Assembly (NCBI RefSeq): GCF_021028975.2
Contig: NC_059431.1
Coordinates: forward strand, 41,540,001 to 41,604,000
Direction of reading: 5' to 3'
DNA from: Sphaerodactylus townsendi
Lineage: Eukaryota
DNA length: 64,000 bases
Numbering within the stretch: the first letter of the stretch is position 1; the number at the start of each line of letters is the position of its first letter. A model generated the notes under the pieces. It ran no database searches and was not told the origin of the DNA. It saw only the letters and a program-made list of their open reading frames with translations. The position numbers and the translations under genes are program-made. Below are positions 10,189-23,959 of this stretch, piece after piece.

Positions 10189-13100
10189 TCCTAGGCATTT
10201 GGGACTATAATGATGTTTATCTAAAAAAAATACTTTACTGTTGTTGCCAGACATTGGAAAAGCCATGGCCTACCTTCCATTGAGGAATAGTTATAGAAAA
10301 TTCAAGACTATAGAACAGCAGACTGACGACCCTCCTCAATAAGAAATGTCTTGACTCCTATTTCAAAGTATGGGACCCTATGCTGAAATACCTATATAGT
10401 AATGACCCCAAAAATAGAACAATAATGATAGAAATTTAGAATTTCTCTAACAGCACATAGATATATCATAAGATATTTCCTGTTTTGTTTTGTACTTTTG
10501 TTTCTATTGAATAACAAATGTTACTAATGTTGTCTCACATACAGAATGATATTAACAATGATGTAAAAACTAAACAACATTTTTTCAGACATATAGTATG
10601 TAATATGTCTATTATATCTCTCATTTTCTTCACATATTATATTGAATTATTTCTACATACCTAACTATATATTTTGCTGTATTTCAAAAAACAATAAATA
10701 TACAATTAAAAAAGAAAGCTTTATGCAGTTTTTATGTTTGTGACAGAGAATTCCTTTTCACAATGTTAGCTGCCCTCCCAAAGCATCAGCTTTCTTTTCC
10801 TCTGCTGTATCATAGCCAGTTTCACTTCCCAGGTTACAAACACTGTCAAGTATCCTGATGACCTGCGGAAGGTAATTTTGGCGTTGCTGTGTATTTGGCC
10901 CACCAACTTAGCTCTTTTGGATTGGCAACAGCATTGGGGAGGGTCAGAAGGCTAAGGAAAAACTTTTAAAAGTCAATCTGCCTTGTTTTTGTCAGATAGT
11001 GTTTGTTTCGTGTTGGTTTTAGTGGATTGCCTCCCTCCCACAAAAGATATCAATAGATTTTTAGCCAGAAAACTGAAAAAGGTATATTCATCAAAACTCT
11101 CTTCAAAACAAGGAAATCCAATTTTCACCCCTAAGTGTTTGAAACCAACTTCATACATTTGATTTCTACACACTGTCCCATAAGAATTCAGTCAATGAAC
11201 TAAAATATTTCAAAAGTTAATTAGCCAAGCTACTTTAAAGTCACAGAAAGCCCAATTCTGCATGCATAATAAATAATGCTAATTTCAGACTGGTGTAAAT
11301 TTAGCAATAGCTTTATCAGCCTTCCTAAAGTAACAATCAAAAAGCATCAGTGTTTGACTTGTTCAGATGTCATTGATAGTTTAGTTGTGTACTAACTCTT
11401 TTAGAGGCTCTAAGTGATGCCAAAAGTGATGCCAAAACACAAACTAAATCACCCCAGTGGTAGGTAAGAGCTCAGAATGTATTCACAAATAAAAAGGTAC
11501 CATGTGACCTCGTAGAAGTAAAAATGTTATGTTTGGTAAGATAAGCTAAGATAAATAAATATTCATATATAAATTATACATAATCCAAACTGCATAAATA
11601 TTGCCTCATGAGGAAAGTGATTTTTAAAAAAAATGCTAATTAATTTCCTCTACAGTTAGAGAAAACTGTGTCTGAACATTTTGGTGCAGGAATCCAACCA
11701 CACTTCCTTCCTTAGAAAAGAAACAGAGGTGATTTAAGCTGATTCTCACATCCAGATCATCTAACTTTGCCCTTCATTCTGTTCTTCTGTCTACTAACAC
11801 AGCCAGGAAAAATATGGGAAGCCATAATCAGCAGGAAGGAAAAATGGGAAAGTCCTGCTTGTCAAAGTCCATTAATGGCCAGATTCAAAATAGGATTTCC
11901 AGCATGGATGGGAGAAATGTCCTGCTCTTTTAATAGAGACTTAATCGAATATTATTTATCAGGGGTTGTTGTTCACCTTTATGTCATGAAAATCTTCAAT
12001 TTTCCATTTTTAAACATTTAAGTCCCCATTAAAGAGACTGGGCATTTTCTTTGGGCAGTTAGCAACCTTAATTCTGACCAACATATGTGTTTATCACCCA
12101 GTTCAGACCTGGCCAGGTATCTAAAAATTGGCAATTAAGTCCTCTAAAGGACTGTACACTGCATTGGAAATGGCAAGTGCCCTTGTGCTAATGTAGACTC
12201 TAGCATTCTTTGGTGATGTAAACCCAACCCACTTCCGCTAAAGGAATTCATGCAGATCAAATGACAGAATGACAATAGAGAATTGAGTGAACATAACAGT
12301 GGTTCCTTGGCATCACTCCTCTACTTGAAAGGATCTGAGAACATCAAGGAATATTGTGAGATAGCACATTCTTTTCAACACTTCATAAGCCTTTCATGCA
12401 GGACAAGAAACTAGCCAACTTCAAAATCCAAATTCTTGACTGTAGCTATTTATTTTTATTTGTTTTACAAAATTTAGACCCTGCTGTTCTGCCCTCATGA
12501 GGAAAATAGAAATATTCAGCAACTGTATTTCCTGGTAGGGTTCTTTAATTTACTGGCATCATTGTTTTTAAGTACGGGGAGTGCAGCTTGGTTACATAAA
12601 TAAAATGAGATGAAATAGAGATGCTCCACAGGCATATCCATACAAGTTATTTTACATATACCATTTCATTTATGCATTAGTAATCACTCATGTATATCTG
12701 ATACATAGGACTACTGGGTGAACCATGTGTAAGCCTTTTCCTCTGAGCTGTGGTCTCGACACAGTAGCTCCTGGAATTTGGTGGTAAACTATATATTTAT
12801 TTAGGAGACTATGAGTAATACTTCTTTGAAAGTCAATAGAACATGATCTCTTTGTGATTATCAAACATATTTTGATAGTTTTGTTCCTAGTTTAGAATTA
12901 TTCAGACATTTCTGTTAGTTCCAGCAGTGGTCCAGAGAAACTCCAACTGCATTTAAAAAAATGATGCAATCTCAGAAAACAAATTGCTATGGAAATAGAG
13001 TTCATTTTCATGCTTTAGTGCGATTATTTATTGCAAATGGCAAAACTTGTTCCATACAGTTAAGCAGAATGAAAATTACTTGGGCAATATTATCTTAAAA

Positions 13101-13378
13101 TATGGTCATTTTGCTCAGGTGCTTTTTAATGTTGGAATGAACTTCAGATGTGAAGGCATCCAATACTACAAAGAAAAAAACACTACAAATTTTATTTCAT
13201 ATAGTACTGAATTAGATTCTCTGTGAGAAGCAAAACAGTCAAGTCCAAGACAAAGTAAATCAGCAAAAGACTTGAAGCTGTAATCAATATGTTTGTTTAT
13301 ACAAACTGATTCAAAAATAAAACATGAAGTGGATCCCCCCACTCTAAAGTAGTCTCCTTGTGTAGTGTTGTTTACCAC

Positions 13379-14052
13379 CCTTATATAAAGCAGTGGTGCG
13401 ACCGCACTTGGAGTACTGTGTCCAGTTCTGGTTGCCACATCTCAAAAAAGATATTGAAGAGATAGAAAAAGTGCAGAGAAGGGCAACGAGGATGATTGAG
13501 GGACTGGAGCACCTTCCTTATGAGGAGAGGCTGCAGCGTTTGGGACTTTTTAGTTTGGAGAGGAGACGTCTGAGTGGGGATATGATTGAAGTCTATAAAA
13601 TTATGCATGGGATAGAAAATGTTGACAGAGAGAAATTTTTCTCTCTTTCTCACAATACTTGAACCAGGGGGCATACATTGAAAATGCTGGGGGGGAAGAA
13701 TTAGGACTAATAAAAGGAAACACTTCTTCATGCAACGTGTGATTGGTGTTTGGAATATGCTGCCACAGGAGGTGGTGATGGCCACTAACCTGGATAGCTT
13801 TAAGAGGGGCTTGGACAGATTTATGGAGGAGAAGTCGATTTATGGCTACCAATTTTGATCCTCTTTGATCTGAGATTGCAAATGCCTTAACAGTCCAGGT
13901 GCTCGGGAGCTACAGAAGGCCATTACTTTCACATCCTGCATGTGAGCTCCCAATGGCACCTGGTAGGGCACTGCGAGTAGCAGAGAGCTGGACTAGATGG
14001 ACTCTGGTCTGATCCAGCTGGCTTGTTCTTATGTTCTTATGTTCTTATGTTC
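13379..14052 (+). mobile_element. Young 5'-truncated CR1 LINE 3' end
   Basis: [50 protein letters not shown]; tail (ATGTTCTT)n. Confidence 0.95.
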
Positions 14053-14520
14053 AGTGTTCTTTTACCCACTAGTTACAGGCCATTTGTTGGCCCATTACAC
14101 CAACTTAATTTTATTACAATGAACTTTTGTGTTAAGGATTTTAACAATGAAAAATTGAGGAAAGAGATTCAGTTGTCATTCTGGTTCACTGGTATTTCTT
14201 GACTTTCAAGGTTATTTCAGTTAAAACGCTAACTTTAAAATGTGGTTTGTTAAGTAGGAGTGTAAAAATAAAAAGTTTGATTTAGATTCAGTGATTTTGT
14301 CCTTTTAAACTTATGGCCTTAGTCTAATAAAAGACAGCATTCACTTTTGAAACTCATACACCAATATTTGGTGTTGTTCATTTATAAGATGCTATAACAC
14401 TTCAATCTAGCTGTTCAACTGTAGACCAACATGGCTACTTACTGAAACTAACTCTTGAGTCTGTTAGTATCATAACAGAATCTAACTGAATCTTATTACA
14501 TTAAGGAAACTCATCTGCAG

Positions 14521-15273
14521 CCTGTGTTCCCCGTGCCCCCCCTGCACACAGCACCTTCCCAATGTTCCACACCACCCTCATGCCCCCCGCCCCTCATGTG
14601 CTCCACTTACCTAGAAGCCAGCCAATGGGCTTTGCCTCAGTGCAATGTGCGCGCACCACCCCTGCACCTGTCAGCCAGAGCATGCCCACAGCTGGAGGGC
14701 GGCTGATGGGCACAGACTTTGTGGGCTGAGCCAAGGTACAACGTGCACACATTGCACCAGCCAAGGCCCAGTCACTTCTGGGAAGGAGGAGGGCGGGGCG
14801 GGGCCTCAGCCGGCACAAAATGTGCATGCCACCCCTGCGCCCATTGGCCAGTCTCCAGAGCATGCCCACGACTGTAGGGTGGCTGATGGGTGTAGGTCTC
14901 AACCCGGGCTAGGCCTCAGCATGACACGCGCACGTCATGCCAAGGACCAGCCACTTCCAGGAAGGAGGAGAAGTGTGGCTGGGCTTCAATGCAACGTGAA
15001 TGCCATCCTTGTGCCTGTCAGCTGGCCTCCAGTCATAGCTGCGTTCCCCAGAGCATGCCCATGGCTGGAGGCCAGCCTACGGGTGCAGGCTGAGGCCCAG
15101 CCACTTCCGGAAAGGAGGCAGGGCGTGACTGGGCCTTGGCACAATGTGCCAGGGCCTAGTCACACCCCTTCTCCTTCCCAGAAGTGTGAGGGCAATTTTT
15201 GCGCCCCTACGTGACTCCCACGGGGCACCCATGGTATTTGTCCCCAGAATTTCCCATGACAACTACGCCACTG
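14521..15273. mobile_element. hAT-like non-autonomous element fragment with about 3 GC-rich ~180-bp tandem units
   Basis: Right terminus TACGCCACTG (15264-15273). Repeated CCAGAGCATGCCCA...CAG(T/C)CACTTC..GGAAGGAGG. Left terminus not found. Confidence 0.55.
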
Positions 15274-15611
15274 CTTCAGATTAGAATCCGCCTGCTGTTA
15301 GCCACCACACTATTCTGGCAATATCAACAAGATCAGTGATGCTGAAAATCCTTTAATCTGAAATCTCTGACCCATGATCCAGCTACTCAGGCTGAGGTGG
15401 AGGAGTACAGGGAGCTTTTAAAAACAATTTTGCTGTAGCATTAGGTAAGAAGAAAAAAGGCTGTCTGACTAACTACTTTGCTGGTTGCAGATGACAAAAC
15501 TGTACAATACATTATGTGTCCCATAATGTACTGGGGGGGGGGGTCCCTGAAAAACTGTACCTCACACTGCTCTTCTATAGAATAGTTGCAGGATGTTAAT
15601 GAGAATGGGTT

Positions 15612-15720
15612 CAGAAGGTAAATGTGCTGGTCTCCAGAATAAGAGCTAGATTTGAGTCCAGTAGAACCAGTAGACCAACAACATTTTCAAGGCATAAACT
15701 TTCAAGAGTCAAAGTGCCTT
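15612..15720 (-). mobile_element. Penelope-like element terminal remnant
   Basis: Minus strand reads TTTGACTCTTGAAAGTTTATGCCTTGAAAATGTTGTTGGTCT..CTACTGGACTCAAATCTAGC, resembling reptile PLE ends and the remnant at 26195. Confidence 0.45.
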
Positions 15721-17504
15721 ATATTTATTTTTACATCTTTATTCATAAATATTTATACCTTGCCTTATACCTGTTTCCCTCGTAAGCTTACACAAGTTAA
15801 AAACAATACAGAAACACAATAGAAACATCATAAATAAATTATAGCAATTAAAGCAATAAAAATAGCAGGGTTGTAGGACTTTATTCTGAAATGTGGAGGC
15901 AACAAAATATTTCAGAGAAATCCTTTCCCAACCCTGAACTTGTAGCAGAAATATTCTCATTGCCTTGCAATACTTCAGTGCCATAATAACAATCAGTACA
16001 TGAAGAAAGTTCAACCAAGCCCTGATGTGATTGCCCTGTCCCGAGGAAAAGTAAAGCCTGAGATCAATGTACAATGTGCACAGAGGCATTTTAAAGAGCA
16101 GTGTTGGGTTTGGAGCATAATTTTAATCTGTAGCTGAGCAACTGCAGTCAAGCCAACAGCATACCCAGCTGTCCAACAAACATCATTTCTGCAGTAGCTG
16201 TCCAAGATAATAGAAGCTCAACTCACTCCCCAGCTTTCCTTGTTAATATTGAGGTGTAATTGTAATTTGCTTTGCATTTATACTGGAAAACATAATCACA
16301 TGCTTCTGTTATTTTGGAATACACAATGGCACCTAGAGGTTTAGCAGATTATATTATACTCTTTCATGATCAATGCCATACTATGCTTTAAGAAGAGGAC
16401 TATTTTGACTTCTTTGCAATAGTCTTCCACATAAATGGATTCATTTTAACAAGATTGTATTGTAACTTCATGCATTGCCAGCTGAATCAATTTCAGGCTC
16501 AAGAGGAATCTAGGTTTCATCAGCATCACAATGAAAGCTTGTCTAATGTGTTTGAAGGTCTTGCCCAGTGGCAATGCAAACATTGTGAAGAGTAAATCGG
16601 CCACAGGATGCAAAAAAGTCTCCTGCTGACATAAAATGACATCTGTTAGCAGGATTAAAGCAGAACTAGTGTAATTAGAGTGCTGCCAGTGTGACACTTA
16701 AATCCTGCTTGACACAGGCTCACTGATGTGATGGTGAGCTGTGCTGTGCAGATTGCAAACAGAAAACTCAGAGAACATAACGAAATACTGTTAGGCGATC
16801 AGAGGCCTTTTCCTTCAGTGGAGACCTGTTCTCTTGGAAGAAATATATAGCAAGAAGTGCCATGTTAGCTCACCTCCCAGTAATCGTTTCCAGAATCCAT
16901 TAGCCCAATGCTAAAAGTGTAACCTGATTTTTCATAGGTATTATTTTTATAGCATGATTTTTGAAGTTTGATGTATTATAAACCATTATGTCACATCTGA
17001 TGATGAGTTAGACATTGTTATTTACAGTGGCACAAGCACAGCTGCTGGTTTTAACCAGCATGGACCAAGACAATCTTGTTTCCTGAGTCACTCAGCTATC
17101 TCTGTAACAATACAAGAATGGCCTTTTGCTGATTTTATCCTTTCACCAGTTCCCATGATGAAATATTTTTTTCAGCGGCCTAGAGGGGCATAACAAATTG
17201 ATTGCTGCCATTGTGAGGACAGACTCAATGCTAATAATGGATCTTTTTTCCTTTCTTTTTTATGAAGCTGTTGATTGAAGCAATGGAGGCTTGCCAGATG
17301 TTGACAGATTCCTATGTGGCAAAGTTCTGTTAGAATGTTTTGGTAGGTATACTACCTGTGGGAAGTGTAATGCACACTAACCCCTAACCTTTGATGTTCT
17401 GCACTGATATAAAATCAATTACAATCTTTTAAAAGAAGCCACGTACACTAAAACTGTGTACACCTTGCAATCCTAAGACTACTTTACATGAAGTGTTAAT
17501 CATA

Positions 17505-18138
17505 GTGGCTTTCCGCACGGCAGAGGCGACCTAGGGTCGACTCGTGTCTGCGGAAATCGTTACCTGAGCTCGACTCTTCTGTTACTCTGCACAGCAGCCG
17601 GGTCATCTCTCCCGACCCAAGTTCAGAGGGCAGGGTTACCTCCACGCATCTTTAGCTCCTCATTCCCAATTGGCTGCTGTTCTATGGCAGGAAACGTGTA
17701 TACGTGTCTCTTTTTTTCCCCATTTTGCCATGTAGGAGCTATGTTGTGACAATGTCACAAAGAACTGATTTCCCCCCTGTCACAAACTGGTGGGAATCTG
17801 CATTTTCGCAAGCCTTCTCTGTTGGAGCAGAACAAGCAGAGCTGAGCCATTGCTTCATGCACAAGAAGGTTTTTTTTTGAAGGTGCGCTTTTCACCTCTG
17901 TGAGTCTCCCATTCTGTGCATGGCCGAAGTCGAGGCAAGGGAGATTCCACATTCTGCCGGCTTCAGCTTGAGTGCAACCCGGGTTCCGCGAAAAGTCGTA
18001 CCTCCCAGTCGAGCTTGAAAATTTGATGGTGAGAGGGTGGGAGCAGAGACAGACACGAGTCGAACACTACGGCTGTGCGGAGTACCCAGGTGGGACCTAC
18101 ATCTAACTAAGTTCGAATCCTACAGTGCAAAGGGGCCC
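17505..18138. mobile_element. Harbinger-like MITE (CpG-rich)
   Basis: Imperfect termini GTGGCTTTCCGCAC ... GTGCAAAGGGGCCC, repeated GTCGA motifs. TSD not clear. Confidence 0.6.
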
Positions 18139-19850
18139 AAAGGCAAAGCACTTTCCAGAGCAGGTGGGCTACATGACATATTTAAATGGACCATATTATG
18201 TTGGGCAATCAAACAGCACGTAACATTTTTGCATCAGTTATCTTGAATATGCTGCATATATTTGAGCTAGGGCCTACATTTTATTTTTAAAAATGCCACT
18301 CAGTGGAGTGCTTGAATACAGGCGAATGGTCTGTGACTTGTATCCAGTTATATTAGGTTTTCTCCTGCCTCTGCTTTAGCAAACTAAACTGGTAGCTTCC
18401 TGCACACTTGCAAGATAAATCTGCTTTTATTTATGGCTGAGGAACTAAATCCTGCAGTAATCACAATCAGGTCCCCAATTTGTGAGCAACTAAGTATTGA
18501 AAGATCAGATTCTGTTGTTCTTATATTGCTATTGTGCTCTTACAAAAACAAGCTTTGAAAATTATACAATACTTTCTTTCCCAGCAGAGGTCTTATTTTC
18601 CCTCTACTGCTGACAATTGTGGCTAAATCACTATTGATCATTATCTCCATGTGATCCAAAGTGAAATACAATACAAGTTTTTTCCCCTTTGCTGCTACTT
18701 CTTAATCATCATGTTGTCTTAATGAAGCATTCAATAGAAGCAGCGATATCTATAATTGTGTTTCTTCTTCTTTGTGGCTAATTCTTTTTAGTCTGGAGTT
18801 GAGGAAAATATTTTATCAGGAAGATTAGCACCTGTTAACAGCCAAGTACAGTTATCCTTTTTAATGTCCAAAAGAAGCAGATCTTCACTGCTCAGTCTCC
18901 TTCCCTGGGCACGGCTAGTATTCAATCCATTCAAACCAGCCACTATTGTGGTTCTTTAGAAGTTCTTCTTGTACTCCATTTGACTTTTATATATGATTAC
19001 TGATTGCTTGGTATGCTGCCTCTAATAGTACTTCAGTTTGGTAAGCATTTGTGAGCTGGTGACAGATTTCTGTTGACATCAAAGAATGCAGAGATCACCC
19101 AGAGAAGAGTGTTTTAAAGATTGCCACAATAAATAGTCTTGGAAAAACTAAATAAGCTAAAGCTAAAGAATCCAATGAAGTGAAAGGAAACATTTATTTT
19201 AGCTGGTTTACTTTTAAACATCCTAGTGAAAATGAGAATTTCTTCACATGGCTTAACTTGTATAGAATGGGCCTGACAAAAGTAAGTCATGGCTGTACTC
19301 TGTTTTAAAGAAGCCCAGAGCTTATTCTGATTCCTCATTGAATAAATCAAAAAGGCCTTACTAATACAGATGGATAACTTGTTTATGCATTTGAAACTCA
19401 GGTTGAAGTGGAGCATCCCTGCTTCAGAATGGTCCAGTTGTTTTAGTGGCTTAAAGCACAGGCTCTGGGATCTATCAGCTACAGAGCCATCATTAAATGA
19501 GCAGCAAGACAGATGCAAGGCAGTATGTTATTTGCTTGGTGATATGACACCTTATCCCACAGGAGCCACATAAAATTTACATTTAATTTTTCAGTTAGCT
19601 AATGCTCAGACATTAGTTTAGCATAGTCTTTCCAGATGGACAAAGGTAAAGAAGTGGTTTTTCTATTGTTAACTTTCCACTCACCTAGCTGCAATTACAG
19701 CAATTGATATGTCAATGGTAAGTAGCCAGTAGAACAAAAGACTGCCCCTGCTCCCACCACTGGGGCAGTCATTTTAGAAATGGACTGAGTACACTTGGTT
19801 TTTTCTCCTCTTCTCCTATTAAATGGGGAATGGGGTTTGATGTTATTGTT

Positions 19851-19922
19851 GGAAGGGAAGGGAAGGGAAGGGAAGGGGAGGGGAGGGGAGGGGAGGGAGG
19901 GAGGGAGGGAGGGAGGGAGGAA
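19851..19922 (+). repeat. Polypurine microsatellite (GGAAG)n-(GGGGA)n-(GGGA)n
   Basis: Direct reading. Confidence 0.95.
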
Positions 19923-20280
19923 TGCATTGTTTGTGGTTATCGTGGATTATGATAAATTCTAGATAATGTCTTCAAAGTTTCTGAGAAGATATTCTTGTAG
20001 AAGGAAAAATTATTCCAGAATCAGAAGAACAACTTTCAAAGATGAAACTTACAATTTGATAACTTGAAGAATATTTTGCCTTCCTCTTAATGTATCTGAA
20101 TGTAAATTTTAAACTGGGGGGAAGACAGCTTTGTATATCCCTTATTTCAATTTTTATTTTAAACATACTATATAGGTATTTTAATTCTGTAATGAATGGC
20201 TTTAATTTCAAATAAAATTAATATAGTTTTTTAAGTTTGTTGTTATTGTGATTGTTCTGCACCCATTCCTCCTCCACTCT

Positions 20281-20851
20281 GGCCGTTTCCGCACGAAGGC
20301 GGAAGCAGCCGGGTCGCCGACGACGCTAGGACCGTCCACACGGACGGTCCTAGAAAGAGCTGGGCAGCCGGCGCTGCGGAGCGCCAGCCGTCGAGCTCGG
20401 CATCTGGAAATCATATCGCCGGTGTCTGACACGCTTCTGGTTCTGGCGCTTCGTCAGCGACCCGGCGTAGTGGTCCCGGGCCTCGCGACGCATCGCCCGA
20501 GGCTCTGCGGAATACGCCCCCTAACCTTGCAGCGCCTGCTCAGCGAGCGCCAGGGCAGAACAGCGTGTCCCCAAACCTCGGCGTGCGCATTTTGAAGAGC
20601 CTGGGGACAAAGTAATTACAGGGAGCAAGGGGGGGAAGCGCCAAGAAGCCGCTGCTGGCAGCGGCTTCCAGCCGGCGTTTCCCAAACAAATGCGCTTCCG
20701 AGCGCACTGGGGAAACGCCGGCATGGGGACGGGCGGCCGGCATGAGGGCGGCGCGGCTGTGACGCAGCTGCGCCCCCTGTGCGAACGGCGGCCTGGGGAC
20801 GGCGTTTTTGCCATCCCCAAGCCGCCGTTAATGGCCCGTGCGGAAAGGGCC
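20281..20851. mobile_element. Young PIF/Harbinger-like MITE
   Basis: TIRs GGCCGTTTCCGCACG ... CGTGCGGAAAGGGCC, 3-bp TSD TCT, CpGs largely intact. Confidence 0.88.
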
Positions 20852-21225
20852 TCTGTCTTCAGCCACTCATTTCAAGATACAATAAAAAGCAGGGAAACTT
20901 CTGTCATGATTCAAATTACTGCAGCAGAATAGATTCCCAAGATTCCCCCCTGATCCAAAGTAAATGATAAAAGGTGGTTGGGGGAACACCTGTGATCAAT
21001 AATTTAATTAAATAACCAAATCCAAATCCAAAACCTTTATTAGGCATAAAACCCGTGCCAATAATTAAATAACATGAAAGGAGGATTTTGTTAACAGAAG
21101 AATACAAGGAGGAACCCACACGGACTTGCAGGGGGCATCTTATTTTCTCTTCCTGCACCATTTCCTCTCTTTTTTCGTGAAAACCTCTACACCCTCTCCC
21201 CTTTTCTGGCTTTCTTCTCTCTTTG

Positions 21226-21665
21226 AGGTATTGCCAATCTCCAGGTGGAACCTGGAGATCTCATGGAATCACAATAGCCCTCCCAGCTTATGAGATCAGT
21301 TCCTTTTAGGGTTGCCAATTCCAGGTTGGAAAATTCCTGGAGATTTGGGAGTGGAGCCTTGGTAGAGCAAGGTTTGGAGAGAGAAGTGACCTCATTGAGA
21401 TATAATGCCATGAAGTCCACTTTACAAAACAGCCATTCTCTCCAGGGGAACTGATCTCTGTCTTCTGGATAACAGTTGTAATTCTGAGTGATCTCTATGC
21501 CCCAGCTGGAGGTAGGCAACCCCTACTGTAGTTCCTCTGGGGGAAATGACTGCTTTGGAGGGTGGGGTTTATGACATTATACCCATTTGAGATCCCTCCC
21601 TTCCTTAAACCTCATCCTCCCACAAAATCTCCAGGAATTTCCTAACCTGGAGTTAGCAAGCCTAT
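21226..21665. mobile_element. Cluster of old TAGGGTTGCCA-terminated (hAT Blackjack-like) repeats
   Basis: TAGGGTTGCCAATTCCAGGTTGG at 21307 ... GGCAACCCCTA at 21525. Flanking fragments in the opposite orientation. Confidence 0.6.
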
Positions 21666-22904
21666 CTCCTTCCTACCCAACGGCCAACCTGGGAGTATTT
21701 TCAGCTACAGTGGGAGGGAGAGGTAAGGAGTTCCCTCATGTCCCCAAACCCTGATTTTTATGGATGAGATAGTTTGGCTCATGGGGTTGAATGGATACAT
21801 GATGGGCTAGGTTCAGACCAAATTTTCCACTTCTATCCATGGAACAACATTCCAGCCTCACCCTTCCCACTGCAGTCCAGTGATCTCAATGAAATGCTTC
21901 TATCGGAGGAGAAGGGATCCTCTGGAACAACATGAGAAGCAAATAGGAGGTCTGCTGCAGGAAGAAGCAGTTGGTAGAACTTACTCTACCTGTTCTTGTC
22001 AGTGGAAAACTTAGTCTTGATCTAACTATCCTGCTTAAAGTCGGTGGAATGTAAAAGTGGACCATCTATTCTATGCACACATGATTATTTCAGTTTAGGT
22101 TTTCACTATTTAATATGTTAATTCAAAGAAACCAATGTAAAATGTTTTTTTTTAAAAAAAGCTATGGATACAGTCTAGATTTAATTGTGCACTTTTGAAG
22201 CCCGCCGGTTTAAGAGGATGAGTTAAGATGCCTATTTCTTCCCAGAATATAAGTTTTAAAAATCAACCTTTGTTGAACTTTTAGTCCTGATTTTTTCCCA
22301 TTGTGAGTTCAATAGCAAGCTGTGAAATCAGATTTGTGAAATCAGAGGGAGATTTGCAAAAGTTCACACCATTTTTGTAAAGACAACATTGAAAATGAGA
22401 CACAATGTATTTTAATTAGATTCTCAGTTCTTACATGACAAGTCAGAATAAGATTGAGCTCTTAAATTAGATCAGAAATTTTATATTTCTGAAAGATTTT
22501 TTTACCCTTTTCAGCTCATTAACAAACAAAATTTTATTTGGTTGAGTGGTTTTTTTAACCAGTTATATCCAAATGTTAATATAATGTACATTATAAATAT
22601 AAATTATTAAGTGGGGTGCTGCAAGAAAGAGTGGCGGCTGTTGCTGCCCAGAGCATTTTTTTTGCTCCCCCTCTCTCCTATCTTTTGCCCCCATCCTATT
22701 TTTGCCCCCCTCCATGCTATCACTCTCTTGGCCACATGCTCTCTCACTCCCCCACAATAGTGAAGGACCACCTGACTGTGTGAGAACCTGAGCCTGCTGA
22801 GGAAAAGCAGAACAGATGGCAGTAATATTTCTGTATAGGTGCTGAGAAGTGAGTTTGCAGGGGAGAATCTTTTTAAAAACAAATTATTTTTGATATGTTT
22901 TTAG

Positions 22905-22985
22905 ATTTTTCTACAAACATATGAGGTCCCCAACTTTGCAGAAGAACTTCCTTACTCTCCACCTGGCCCCAATCTGCAGTTCAAG
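22905..22985 (+). CDS. Candidate internal coding exon, unidentified (IFLQTYEVPNFAEELPYSPPGPNLQFK)
   Basis: ttttttag acceptor context, AAG|gtagt donor, 81 nt, phase 0-0, open frame, apparently non-repetitive DNA. No homology recognised. Confidence 0.3.
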
Positions 22986-23344
22986 GTAGTGTTGGCTGTA
23001 AGGTATACAGATATTGTCTTGACCTATAGAGACAGGTGTTTTCTAAAGCTCCTTAGGGAATCACCTCATTTTTCATTTGAAGTATTATTGGTCTTTTAAA
23101 TCAATCCATACTTGCTTTTCAAACAACTAGTATTGTGTGTTTTGTTATATAGGATTAATTATTGGAGATTAAAGGAGACAGTTACTATCTATTGTGTTGT
23201 TATTGTGTCTATTCTGGTTTGTTACAGATGCTCTCTTTTATAGGTTCAGATTATGTCAGCAAAACAAATTAACAATTTTATATCTAAAGATCAACCACCC
23301 CTTCCCCAAAAATAGAGTTATTTGGAGATCAATCCAAAATAGCT

Positions 23345-23414
23345 CTTGTAAGTGTATCCAGCCCTTCGGGGATAGGGCGGTATATAAAACTAAACAATAA
23401 ATAAATAAATAAAA
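23345..23414 (+). mobile_element. L2-type 3' tail fragment
   Basis: AGCCCTTCGGGGATAGGGCGGTATA plus (TAAA)n, the same stem-loop and tail as the L2 at 24830-24898. Confidence 0.7.
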
Positions 23415-23959
23415 TATACCCCAGCAAACATGGTCTCGGTAGATTTCCCAGTACGCCCTTGATTGGCACTAGCCAGATAAAGGCAACTTGGGAGATAGCA
23501 ATTGAGGAAGGGGTGTACCCAAATCCAACAAGTTCCCCATTGGAACCCTATTATCCAAATAGGGAATACTAAATAATGCTTATAGCACATTACCAGTATC
23601 AACTGGGATGATGGCAGATCCCCTCCCCTTGCATCATTTCCCAGGTAAAATGTCTCCCAGACCAAATGCAGCTGCAATTCCAGCTTGAGGAAAAAGGAAT
23701 GGACTGTGCCCTGTCCTGTTAAACTTTTATTATTATTTATTATTATTTATTCAATTTGGTATACCACCCCATCGCTGGAGGGAAACTCCTCCCTTTCACC
23801 CTCTGTAATGCCTCTCTTCTGAACTGACCAGCATGTCCTCCAGGGGATGTAAAGTTACCTGGATATTGACTGATCATAAGAAAAGTAATACTTAAATTTA
23901 ATTTTCTTTCCATACTGGTCACAGCATTTTAACAATCAAACAACTATATCATATTTTAA

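Larger units (their letters stand above)
7217..10718 (+). mobile_element. 5'-truncated, decayed L1 LINE (ORF2 RT, C-terminal Cys-rich region, 3'UTR, polyA)
   Basis: Motifs ISLIPK..PISLLNLDYKIF, ISLDAEKTFD, GTRQGCPL, HTDD (YADD position), YLGI, LSLLGRIALIKM, CWK..SFFHCWWTC, with frameshifts and stops. AATAAA at 10693-10698 followed by an A-rich tail. Possible TSD TTTATGC (7210-7216 / 10720-10726). Confidence 0.92.

Noticed and set aside
16874-16910. 37-nt minus-strand segment with good splice sites (ttttag / GAG|gtgagc)
   Set aside because: Joining it to the 45456 exon gives an immediate stop. It could be an alternative start (MDSGNDYWE) but nothing else supports that.
20281-20851. CpG-island promoter
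   Set aside because: Exactly bounded by TIRs and a 3-bp TSD, so it is a transposon.
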